From Moorena sp. SIO3H5 (GTDB lineage: Bacteria; Cyanobacteriota; Cyanobacteriia; Cyanobacteriales; Coleofasciculaceae): a DNA stretch of 41,040 nucleotides. Under the pieces are notes generated by a model. That model made no database searches and had not been told where the DNA came from. It saw nothing but the letters and a program-made list of their open reading frames with translations. The stretch is from assembly GCF_010692395.1 (NCBI RefSeq), contig NZ_JAAHHS010000023.1:721-41760 (forward strand), given 5' to 3'. Within the stretch, counting starts at the first letter, position 1, and the number at the start of each line of letters is the position of its first letter. A program made the position numbers and the translations under genes. Below, one piece after another: positions 1 to 7,535 of this stretch.

Positions 1-349
1 TGGCTCCTTTGCGCCAAGCGTAAACCAGAGCAATCACAAGAATTGCAATAAAAATTAGGGCTTCCACAAATGCCAGTAATCCCAGCCGATTGAAGGCGAC
101 AGCCCAGGGATACAGGAATACAGTTTCAACATCGAAAATCACGAACACCAGGGCGAACATATAGTAACGAATGTTGAACTGAATCCAAGCACCCCCCACT
201 GGTTCCATACCAGATTCATAGGTGGTGCGCCGCTCTGGCTCCCGATGGCTAGGTCGCAAAAGCTTGGAAGCCGACAGGGCTAGTAGGGGCACTAAGCTGC
301 AAGCTAGTATGAAGCCTAAGAGATACTCGTAACCGCTAAGAACAAACAC
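1..349 (-). CDS. ndhC: NAD(P)H-quinone oxidoreductase subunit 3 (NdhC/NuoA family); last ~4 codons lie beyond the window edge
   Basis: Not in ORF track. Hand translation of minus strand from GTG (349-347): [116 protein letters not shown], open to position 1. Resembles NdhC over its full visible length. Confidence 0.9.
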   Translation of the reverse strand, partial: MFVLSGYEYLLGFILACSLVPLLALSASKLLRPSHREPERRTTYESGMEPVGGAWIQFNIRYYMFALVFVIFDVETVFLYPWAVAFNRLGLLAFVEALIFIAILVIALVYAWRKGA

Positions 350-672
350 AATTGGTCAGTGCCAGGTAAAAACTGGCGTTAGTACTTCTTTACAAACTTT
401 ATTATAGGTGCTCTGCCCCTTTGAACGGTCGTCAGGGGTCAGTGCTTGCTTCTCAAAAGCCAATGACTACCATAGAATTGAAGGTTGCTCGTAGTTGATT
501 GTACTCCCTCTCCCTAGAAGACCCGACTCTTTCAAGGGTTGATCAAAAATCGGGTCAGGCATCTCGGAGAAACTCCTGAGCTTAAATCGAAAGTTAAGAA
601 AATCTGACACTTAGTGTGTGATAATATTTTTTAACATAGTTATTAAGATTTGCTGCTTAAGCTTACAGAGGA

Positions 673-1020
673 ATGACTGAACGAGCCCCAGAGCAAACCC
701 TAGCTGAACAGGCACCCAGCAGCTATGAATGCCGTGCTTGTGGCTATGTTTACGATCCGACCAAGGGAGATAGTAATCGCAAGGTTCCAGCTGGGACATT
801 ATATGAGGATTTGCCAGATGACTGGCGCTGTCCAGTGTGCGGCGCTCCGAAAATTCAGTTTATTAATATTGGTGCTGTTAATGCTCCGTCTGGATTTCAG
901 GAGAATCTTACCTATGGCTTCGGTGTTAACCGCATGACACCAGCACAAAAAAACCTTTTAATTTTTGCCGCTTTAGGATTAGGATTTTTGTTTTTTCTGA
1001 GCCTTTACGGTTTGAACTGA
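673..1020 (+). CDS. rubA: Membrane-anchored rubredoxin (RubA)
   Basis: 115-aa ORF with two rubredoxin Cys pairs ([10 protein letters not shown] ... [10 protein letters not shown]) and a C-terminal hydrophobic anchor ([20 protein letters not shown]). Sits directly upstream of ycf48-psbEFLJ, the conserved cyanobacterial arrangement. Confidence 0.9.
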   Translation: MTERAPEQTLAEQAPSSYECRACGYVYDPTKGDSNRKVPAGTLYEDLPDDWRCPVCGAPKIQFINIGAVNAPSGFQENLTYGFGVNRMTPAQKNLLIFAALGLGFLFFLSLYGLN

Positions 1021-1157
1021 AATCAGGGCAGTTGGCTTGTATGCGTGAACGTGAGCAACTGCTGGCATCACCAAAGCTTAGATCTAGAAGCCATCGCCCT
1101 TGGTGGGGTATGAAAACCTACGGAGAACGCTGCCATACTCAAGAAGTTCTGGAAATA

Positions 1158-2162
1158 ATGAGATATTTGATGAAAACGCTGAAACAAATTTTAATATTAC
1201 TGGCGGTGGCATTAATTTGTGTCAGCTGCAAATTTCCTTCATCCATAAGCTATAATCCTTGGGCGGTTATTTCCTTACCTACAGAAGCGACCATGCAAGA
1301 CCTTGGCTTTACCGGGGATCTTAGTCATGGATGGATTGTGGGTAGCTATGCCACAATTTTTGAGACTAAGGATGGTGGAAATACATGGGAACAGAAAGGC
1401 TTGGATCTCGGAGATGAAAATTATCGCTTCTCCTCTGTAAGCTTTGCTGGTGATGAGGGGTGGATTGTTGGTCAACCCTCGATCATGCTTCATACTACTG
1501 ATGGGGGTGAATCTTGGTCTCGCATTCTATTAAGTGAAAAGTTACCAGGTTCACCCAACAGAATCCTGGCTCTCGGACCCACGAGCGCAGAGATGACCAC
1601 TGATGTTGGCGCAATTTATCAGACTAAGGATGCAGGTAAAACCTGGAAGGCACAGGTAGCACAAGCGGTCGGAGTCACCCGTAATATTTCCCGCTCTGAA
1701 GATGGTAGTTACGTAGCTGTCTCTGCTAGAGGGAACTTTTACTCCACTTGGGATCCAGGTCAGAATGCTTGGTTACAGCATAATCGTTACAGTTCCAAGC
1801 GTCTCCAGAATATGGGGTTTACCCCCGATGGTCGTCTGTGGATTTTGGCCCGGGGTGGTCAGGTACAATTTAGCACTGCCGAAAACCAAGAAGAGTGGGA
1901 AGAACCAATTTATCCAGATTTTTCCAACAGCTTGGGATTACTTGACTTAGCTTATCGTACACCCAATGAAATTTGGGTAGCAGGTGGCAGTGGTAATTTG
2001 CTTTGTAGCTTTGATGGTGGAAAAACTTGGCAAAAAGACCGGGATCTTAGGGATGTTCCCTCGAATTTTTACAAAATAGTCTTTGTAACACCAGAACAGG
2101 GGTTTGTCATTGGTCAGAAAGGAGTTTTACTCAAGTATGAGCTGCCTAGCCAGGAAGCTTAG
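1158..2162 (+). CDS. ycf48: Photosystem II assembly factor Ycf48 (HCF136 homologue), beta-propeller
   Basis: ORF 1032-2162. The N-terminal 42 codons look non-native. ATG at 1158 (or 1170) gives a signal-peptide-like start MRYLMKTLKQILILLAVALICVSC. Repeated DGG.TW / GG.SW propeller motifs. Synteny rubA-ycf48-psbE. Confidence 0.88.
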   Translation: MRYLMKTLKQILILLAVALICVSCKFPSSISYNPWAVISLPTEATMQDLGFTGDLSHGWIVGSYATIFETKDGGNTWEQKGLDLGDENYRFSSVSFAGDEGWIVGQPSIMLHTTDGGESWSRILLSEKLPGSPNRILALGPTSAEMTTDVGAIYQTKDAGKTWKAQVAQAVGVTRNISRSEDGSYVAVSARGNFYSTWDPGQNAWLQHNRYSSKRLQNMGFTPDGRLWILARGGQVQFSTAENQEEWEEPIYPDFSNSLGLLDLAYRTPNEIWVAGGSGNLLCSFDGGKTWQKDRDLRDVPSNFYKIVFVTPEQGFVIGQKGVLLKYELPSQEA

Positions 2163-2207
2163 GGCTTGGAAATCCCTATGATCGATGCCAGTCAGTTTCG
2201 TTTTATA

Positions 2208-2230
2208 TTTCTACATCGAAGATGTAGAAA
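2208..2230 (+). promoter_or_regulatory. Perfect 10-bp stem / 3-nt loop hairpin between ycf48 and psbE (possible RNA processing or stability element)
   Basis: TTTCTACATC-GAA-GATGTAGAAA read directly. No U-tract follows, so it is not a canonical terminator. Confidence 0.35.
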
Positions 2231-2295
2231 AAAACGGCACTTAGAACTATTATAGTTATGGAATTTTAAACGGTTGTTGGTAGGAGGAATCTACG

Positions 2296-2541
2296 ATGGC
2301 AGGTACAACTGGAGAACGTCCGTTTGGTGACATTATTACCAGCGTTCGTTACTGGGTGATTCACAGTGTTACTATCCCAGCCCTATTTATCGCTGGTTGG
2401 CTTTTTGTGAGCACTGGTCTGGCTTACGATGCGTTTGGCACACCCCGTCCTAATGAATACTTTACTCAAGAGCGGATGGAACTACCAATCGTTTCCGACC
2501 GCTACAATGCTAAACAGCAAGTTGAAGAATTTGCTCCATAA
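2296..2541 (+). CDS. psbE: Cytochrome b559 alpha subunit
   Basis: 81 aa; [37 protein letters not shown] with heme-ligand His. GGAGG 8 nt upstream of ATG. Confidence 0.97.
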   Translation: MAGTTGERPFGDIITSVRYWVIHSVTIPALFIAGWLFVSTGLAYDAFGTPRPNEYFTQERMELPIVSDRYNAKQQVEEFAP

Positions 2542-2567
2542 GGTTTTTTAGATAAAGGCAGACAATC

Positions 2568-2702
2568 ATGACTAGCAGTAATCCCAATCAACCAGTTTCT
2601 TATCCGATTTTCACGGTTAGATGGTTAGCGGTTCATACCCTAGCCGTTCCTTCAGTATTTTTCTTAGGCGCGATCGCAGCCATGCAATTTATTCAACGAT
2701 AG
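2568..2702 (+). CDS. psbF: Cytochrome b559 beta subunit
   Basis: Not in ORF track (44 aa). Hand translation: [44 protein letters not shown], stop TAG 2700-2702. Confidence 0.95.
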   Translation: MTSSNPNQPVSYPIFTVRWLAVHTLAVPSVFFLGAIAAMQFIQR

Positions 2703-2713
2703 GAGAAGCAATT

Positions 2714-2833
2714 ATGGATCGGAATTCCAATCCCAATAGACAGCCGGTTGAACTCAATCGGACGTCTCTTTACTTAGGTCTATTACTGATTTTTGTGCTT
2801 GGTATTCTGTTTTCTAGTTATTTCTTCAATTAA
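2714..2833 (+). CDS. psbL: Photosystem II protein L
   Basis: [39 protein letters not shown] (39 aa). This is the C-terminal part of track ORF 2621-2833. AGGAG precedes ATG 2714. Confidence 0.95.
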   Translation: MDRNSNPNRQPVELNRTSLYLGLLLIFVLGILFSSYFFN

Positions 2834-3088
2834 CTGATTTAACAGATTCGTCTAAATCTCCATCTTAGAGAAGGCTAGGATGTAGACGGGAAAAGACTCT
2901 TAGTTAATTCCCTGGTAATTTCCGGTTAATCGGGAATTTACTAATTTGCTCCTGAAACGGAGTTGGACAAAACCCTTACCACTAGGGAGGCTTTTCAACA
3001 AAATCACTAGTTATTAAGACTAGTTATTAAGCCTTCTATCGTTAACTGCATCTAAAAAAAACTTGATTTAAAATTGGAGGTATAAGCT

Positions 3089-3208
3089 GTGTCTGGAGGG
3101 GGAAGAATTCCTTTATGGATAGTTGCCACTATCGCTGGTACTGGTGTCCTCGTAGTGGTTGGTCTTTTCTTCTATGGTGCCTATGTGGGAGTTGGTTCTT
3201 CGATGTAA
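3089..3208 (+). CDS. psbJ: Photosystem II protein J
   Basis: Not in ORF track. GTG start 8 nt after GGAGG (3076-3080). Translation (M)[38 protein letters not shown], stop TAA 3206-3208. Confidence 0.9.
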   Translation: MSGGGRIPLWIVATIAGTGVLVVVGLFFYGAYVGVGSSM

Positions 3209-3308
3209 AGTAGACCAATTTCTTTGGTTAACACCCCGGCGAGGTTACCTCGCCCACTGGAAGGTTCACCAATAGAAAGACGCTAAATTAAAAACGAAGT
3301 AAATCCAC

Positions 3309-3359
3309 AGGTGCGCTCTTACCATTAAGAATTTAATTATTAATGGCAAGAGCGCACCT
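3309..3359. terminator. 20-bp-stem palindromic element between convergent psbJ and CPBP genes (likely bidirectional terminator; member of a dispersed family)
   Basis: AGGTGCGCTCTTACCATTAA (3309-3328) pairs with TTAATGGCAAGAGCGCACCT (3340-3359) with one mismatch; 11-nt loop GAATTTAATTA. Confidence 0.55.
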
Positions 3360-3425
3360 AAGCATAATCGCTGGTTTAACTTGAGCTGGCGGTATTTTTT
3401 TTTGGTAATTAGCTTTTAAGACTAG

Positions 3426-4286
3426 CTAATTCGACAACATCAGTAATAATAAAGCCCCAACTCCCAATAAACAAAGAAGACCAACTATCCCAGCTAACGG
3501 TTTTCCTCCCAAACCCGTTATCCAAATTGGTCCACTGCCTGTGTAAGCAATTAATTCAGCTGAGTCCAAGCAAGTTAAACCCCAAATCCAACCAGCATGT
3601 AGTCCCCATGCTAAACCCAGACTGCCTCCATCCACCCAACGGGCTAGGACTAATACCATTCCCATTAGCCATAATCCTGGTAACTGAGGGATAGTATCTT
3701 TTTGTTCCCAAACTAGGTGTAACAGGGCAAAAATCCCACTAGAGATGGCTGCTCCTACCCCGATAGAATACTCCTGCTTTAGTTGATTCACTAAGAAGCC
3801 ACGAAAGACTAACTCTTCTGTAACCCCAATCCACAGACCTAATAACATCACTGGGAGTAATATCGGTACCAAACGCTGCCAATTTTCAGAATTCCAGCGC
3901 ACCCAGCCTAGTAATAATTGCCCAGTAAATACTATGATTAAGCTGAAAATACCTACTCCTAGTCCCAATCCTAAAGACCCTAAAACGCTTAATTTCCACT
4001 CCAATCCGTAATCGGAGAAAGGCACCCCCTCTAGTTGAGAAGCTCCCCATAAAATTAGGGGAGCAATTAGGTAAAGTGCTGCGAGTAGTGGTAACTTTTG
4101 GCCTGGTGCTAAAGGCTGATTTGGACGCCACTTTAAAAGTATAGCTATAGGGAGAGCTAAGGGCAGCCAGAAAACTACCCAAGCTAGGAAAAAAGTTCCT
4201 AGCTTCAAAATAGTAGTTGAAGTGATTAATGACACAAACGACCCATTAGTTGCCTGATCAAGAATAGCCATTGGCGAGATTTGCAA
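3426..4286 (-). CDS. CPBP-family intramembrane metalloprotease (CAAX protease / Abi type)
   Basis: 286-aa polytopic ORF with EELVFRGFL and FALLHL motifs typical of the CPBP family. TTG start at 4286; alternative ATG at 4271. Confidence 0.85.
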   Translation of the reverse strand: MQISPMAILDQATNGSFVSLITSTTILKLGTFFLAWVVFWLPLALPIAILLKWRPNQPLAPGQKLPLLAALYLIAPLILWGASQLEGVPFSDYGLEWKLSVLGSLGLGLGVGIFSLIIVFTGQLLLGWVRWNSENWQRLVPILLPVMLLGLWIGVTEELVFRGFLVNQLKQEYSIGVGAAISSGIFALLHLVWEQKDTIPQLPGLWLMGMVLVLARWVDGGSLGLAWGLHAGWIWGLTCLDSAELIAYTGSGPIWITGLGGKPLAGIVGLLCLLGVGALLLLMLSN

Positions 4287-4454
4287 ATTGCTATCAAATT
4301 ACTATCAAATTACTATAAGGTCTCAACTACACTACCATAAGCGGCTGCTTTTTTCCCATAGCAAGTTACCTAACGAGATAGTAAATCGGGCTGGTTAATA
4401 ATAGCCTGGTTTACCGACTCCTCAGGTAGTAGAAAGAAGATTTTTGTTTCTACC

Positions 4455-4501
4455 GGTGCGACAATCACGCGAATTTAATTCTTAATGGTAAGAGCGCACC
4501 T
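4455..4501. repeat. Second, degenerate copy of the AGGTGCG...GAATTTAATT...GCGCACCT element
   Basis: 4471-4501 GAATTTAATTCTTAATGGTAAGAGCGCACCT matches 3329-3359 with 2 differences. The left arm is reduced to GGTGCG (4455-4460). Confidence 0.5.
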
Positions 4502-4512
4502 ATAATGGTTTT

Positions 4513-4701
4513 CACAAAGCAAATTAGGGGCCAAATCTGCCCCAGGGTTTGGATTTAAGCTCTAGGTTCTGGTGTGCCGGAAACGAAACCTTAGTAGAGT
4601 GGAGCCTTAGTTAATAAGTTTTGACCCTTTTTCTCATAGCCAGTCCCCTGTAAAGGCTCCACTCTACTTACGGTAACTTCAAACCCCACGGTACCTTTTT
4701 T
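4513..4701 (+). ncRNA. Candidate small structured RNA (speculative)
   Basis: Perfect TATAAT at 4501-4506, but no good -35. Hairpin GGGGC/GCCCC 4527-4543. Perfect 15-bp long-range stem 4594-4608 / 4653-4667. Weak stem GGTAAC(4672-4677)/GGTACC(4690-4695) followed by T6 (4696-4701). No ORF. I recognised no known RNA family. Confidence 0.2.
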
Positions 4702-4911
4702 AGAATGGCAGACAATCAACTTTAATACAATATCTACCTTATTCGTTTCATAGACTCCCAGATCGTTAGACGAAACCGAGGTGCACGTATCATTCTTTTA
4801 ACAGGTTTTTACGTTGTCTACTTATATTCAGGCAAGTTGGTTGTCTGACTTCCTATTATATAGGACAGCGCTAGTTTAGGGATTACCAACAACAGAATAA
4901 AAAAATATCCG

Positions 4912-4931
4912 TTGACGAATTTATTCGTCAA
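4912..4931. promoter_or_regulatory. Perfect 8-4-8 palindrome TTGACGAA-TTTA-TTCGTCAA (possible dimeric regulator site or hairpin)
   Basis: Read directly. Lies in the long gene-free region downstream of the cyAbrB gene. Confidence 0.25.
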
Positions 4932-5232
4932 GCAAGCTTATATCCCCCGGATCAATCACGGGGGCTTTACCCATCACGTCGCCAATAAATTGTTCAAAGC
5001 TCACGTCCCCAAAGAATCTTCATGGGGAGGCGTCGCTCGCCCCACACTGTCGTTTTTCATCCCCGCTCCCTTAGAGACGGGGGTTTCAAACTCGCAGGAT
5101 TTTCTGTAAGAAGGATTACTTCAAAGCAGTGCGACCCCACGCTTTTTTTTAAGCGAAGCGTGAATGCGCACCAATAGAGCGAAGCGTGAACACACACCAA
5201 GTTGCTGCTTTCTTTGCTTTGTGAGTAGATAC

Positions 5233-5616
5233 CTATTCAGCTTCAGAATCGCCATCCACCTGCTTAAGATGGATATGCTTGTAGCCTAGTTTAATTTCAA
5301 ACTCATCACCAGGCTCTAATCCCATGGACTGAGTGTAGGTTGAACCAATAACAATTTGACCATTCTTATGGACACTCACACGATAAGTCGGTTCACGCCC
5401 CCGACCATCTTTTGTGCCTTCTGGATCCAGGGGAACACCCTTGGCTCCTAAAACCGCATCATAAAAATCTGTTAAATTGACGCGGGTCTGGTCTGTTTTA
5501 GTTATAGTGTAATAGCCGCAACGCTTGGCTGTCTCTCGGCGAGGCAAGTGTGATAGCTCTTTTACTTTTTGAAGTAATGCTTTACCAGTTAGGGGAGTAG
5601 TTGAAATCTCTGGCAT
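5233..5616 (-). CDS. Cyanobacterial AbrB-like transcriptional regulator (cyAbrB/CalA type; AbrB domain at C-terminus)
   Basis: 127 aa. C-terminal swapped-hairpin-like segment GQIVIGSTYTQSMGLEPGDEFEIKLGYKHIHLKQ and N-terminal region LLQKVKELSHLPRRETAKRCGYY, typical of the cyAbrB clade. Confidence 0.85.
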   Translation of the reverse strand: MPEISTTPLTGKALLQKVKELSHLPRRETAKRCGYYTITKTDQTRVNLTDFYDAVLGAKGVPLDPEGTKDGRGREPTYRVSVHKNGQIVIGSTYTQSMGLEPGDEFEIKLGYKHIHLKQVDGDSEAE

Positions 5617-6027
5617 AATCTCACGAGATATCCTTTAAACTTCAGAGTGGTCAAGATCATTAATAGCCAAACTTTGGCTCTATTAAAAATATATCGTTAA
5701 ATCTATCTCAGTTGACAAGATATTTTGGATCATTTGTTTAAATCTTTACGTATTTCAATACTAACAGATCAGACAATCCCTGCCTAACCCTATAGGGGCA
5801 GTAATATGATAACTATGAAAATAATCCAGGAAACATACCAATAGGATTGCACTCTTACACCAGAAGTCAACTAGCGAAGGGTCTTGCTTCCCTAGGGAGT
5901 AGTGAAACAAGTATGGCCTAATTATCAAGAGTAACTAGTTACCTCAACCCTACTCGTGTTGGTCATATCATCCTTTAACCTTACCGATTATCCTTGTATA
6001 TGTTGGAATACTCAAGAGCTTAGTTTT

Positions 6028-7029
6028 ATGCAAGTTGATTTTAAAATCATTCGACAGACTCAAAACACTGCTCCACTACTCCAGACTTATAGGCTAGATG
6101 TCGAGAAAGGAAACACGATTCTGGAATGCTTGAATCGTATTAAGTGGGAACTTGATGGTACTTTAGCTTTTCGCAAAAATTGTCGCAACACGATTTGTGG
6201 TAGCTGTGGCATACGAATTAATGGTCGCTCGGCTTTGGCATGTAAGGAAAATGTGGGCAATGAATTGGGGAAGCAACAGCTCCCAGATGAGTCTAAAATT
6301 CCGGAGATTACTATAGCACCTCTGGGGAATATGCCAATAATCAAGGATTTAGTCGTTGAGATGAGCAGCTTCTGGGATAACTTAGAAGCTGTTGATCCCT
6401 ACGTCAGCACTGCTGCTAGGAAGATTCCCGAACGGGAATTTTTACAGAGTCCTAAAGAGCGATCGCTTTTGGCTCAGGCTGGTAATTGTATCATGTGTGG
6501 TGCTTGTTATTCTGAGTGTAATGCCAAAGAAGTTAATCAAGATTTTGTTGGTCCTCATGCCTTGGCTAAAGCACAGCGTCTGGTGGTAGATTCCCGTGAT
6601 AATACCACAGAAAATCGTTTGGAGAAATATAACGAAGCAATAAAAGGAGTCTGGGGTTGTACCCGCTGTATGATGTGTAATGCGGTTTGCCCGATGGATG
6701 TGGCTCCTATGGATCAAATTGGTAAGATTAAACAGCATATTCTTGAAGGTATTGAGACCTATGATAGCCGTCCAATCCGCCACCGCAAAGTCCTAATTGA
6801 TTTAGTCAAAGAGGGAGGTTGGATTGATGAGCGTAAGTTTGGCTTGCAGGTGGTTGGTAACTCATTTCGAGATATCCAAGGTTTGGTGAGCCTAGGACCA
6901 CTGGGATTACGAATGCTAGTTCGAGGTAAGTTTCCCTTGAGCTTTTCTCCATCAGCAGGAACATCACAAGTGCGATCGCTAATTGAATCGGTAAAAAATT
7001 TGGAGTCTGAAGGATCTGATCAGTCATGA
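6028..7029 (+). CDS. sdhB: Succinate dehydrogenase / fumarate reductase iron-sulfur subunit
   Basis: Three Cys clusters: CRNTICGSCGIRINGRSALAC (2Fe-2S), CIMCGACYSEC, CTRCMMCNAVCP. ATG 6028 is preferred over the upstream GTG 5956. Confidence 0.85.
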   Translation: MQVDFKIIRQTQNTAPLLQTYRLDVEKGNTILECLNRIKWELDGTLAFRKNCRNTICGSCGIRINGRSALACKENVGNELGKQQLPDESKIPEITIAPLGNMPIIKDLVVEMSSFWDNLEAVDPYVSTAARKIPEREFLQSPKERSLLAQAGNCIMCGACYSECNAKEVNQDFVGPHALAKAQRLVVDSRDNTTENRLEKYNEAIKGVWGCTRCMMCNAVCPMDVAPMDQIGKIKQHILEGIETYDSRPIRHRKVLIDLVKEGGWIDERKFGLQVVGNSFRDIQGLVSLGPLGLRMLVRGKFPLSFSPSAGTSQVRSLIESVKNLESEGSDQS

Positions 7030-7214
7030 GTTCTGAAACACCCAATAAGAGTGAATCATCTGAGGAGTCTTTTAACCAACCATTACCAGCTTTTGGTTGG
7101 ACTCCCTATGCTGAGCAAATCAACGGCAGGTTTGCTATGCTTGCCTTAGTTTGTATCGTGTTACTGGAGTTGCTCACTGGTCAAGGTTTGTTGACTTGGC
7201 TGGGTCTACTCTAA
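7026..7214 (+). CDS. hli: High-light-inducible / small CAB-like protein (one-helix chlorophyll-binding)
   Basis: 62 aa; FGWTPYAEQINGRFAMLALVCIVLLELLTGQGLL carries the E..NGR.AM chlorophyll-binding motif. ATG overlaps the sdhB stop (ATGA, 7026-7029). Confidence 0.85.
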   Translation: MSSETPNKSESSEESFNQPLPAFGWTPYAEQINGRFAMLALVCIVLLELLTGQGLLTWLGLL

Positions 7215-7370
7215 GGAATTTCCAACTACTATATAATGATCCCGAGCTTGAGATTTATTTGCTCTTACCATCAGGATTGTTGACGGTTGATTCTTGAGGG
7301 TTGACGGTTATACTACCTCTGGTGGAATTTCCTCCTTGCTCTGACGAGGCAATTACGGCTACAAAAATTT

Positions 7371-7394
7371 AGAGACCTAGGATGCTAGGTCTCT
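7371..7394 (-). terminator. Terminator hairpin downstream of the MscS gene
   Basis: AGAGACCTAG-GATG-CTAGGTCTCT, a perfect 10-bp stem. On the minus strand it is followed by AAATTTTT. Confidence 0.5.
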
Positions 7395-7535
7395 TCAAGG
7401 CTCTTGGCAATGAATTAAATCAATTAATTAAGGTAATTCAACCGGAGTATTGCACCCGGATTTGGTTGTGTTAATTAGATAGATTTTGGACCGCTGCTAT
7501 AGGAAAGTAGGCATTCTACAGATAAGTCTACAGAT

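Noticed and set aside
1032-1157. Upstream alternative starts suggested by the ORF track: ycf48 at 1032, sdhB at 5956, TerB-like at 11328, FHA at 31775
   Set aside because: The N-terminal extensions are non-conserved-looking or hydrophobic junk, and they overlap better internal starts: a signal peptide at 1158, ATG 6028, MGLFDK at 11205, and an AGGAG-preceded TTG at 31898. Start choice remains uncertain without homologue alignment.
5061-5095. tRNA/tmRNA-like T-arm impression (GAGACGGGGGTTTCAAACTCGC)
   Set aside because: There is no complementary C-run to close a T-stem, no acceptor stem or CCA context, and no tmRNA 5' GGGGCUG or tag-ORF features nearby. The G-run instead pairs with the upstream CCCCG (5061-5065) as a simple hairpin.
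4912-5109. 65-aa ORF on the plus strand
   Set aside because: It starts with a TTG that is the first arm of a perfect palindrome, and it runs through a series of GC-clamped hairpins. It looks like structured non-coding sequence.
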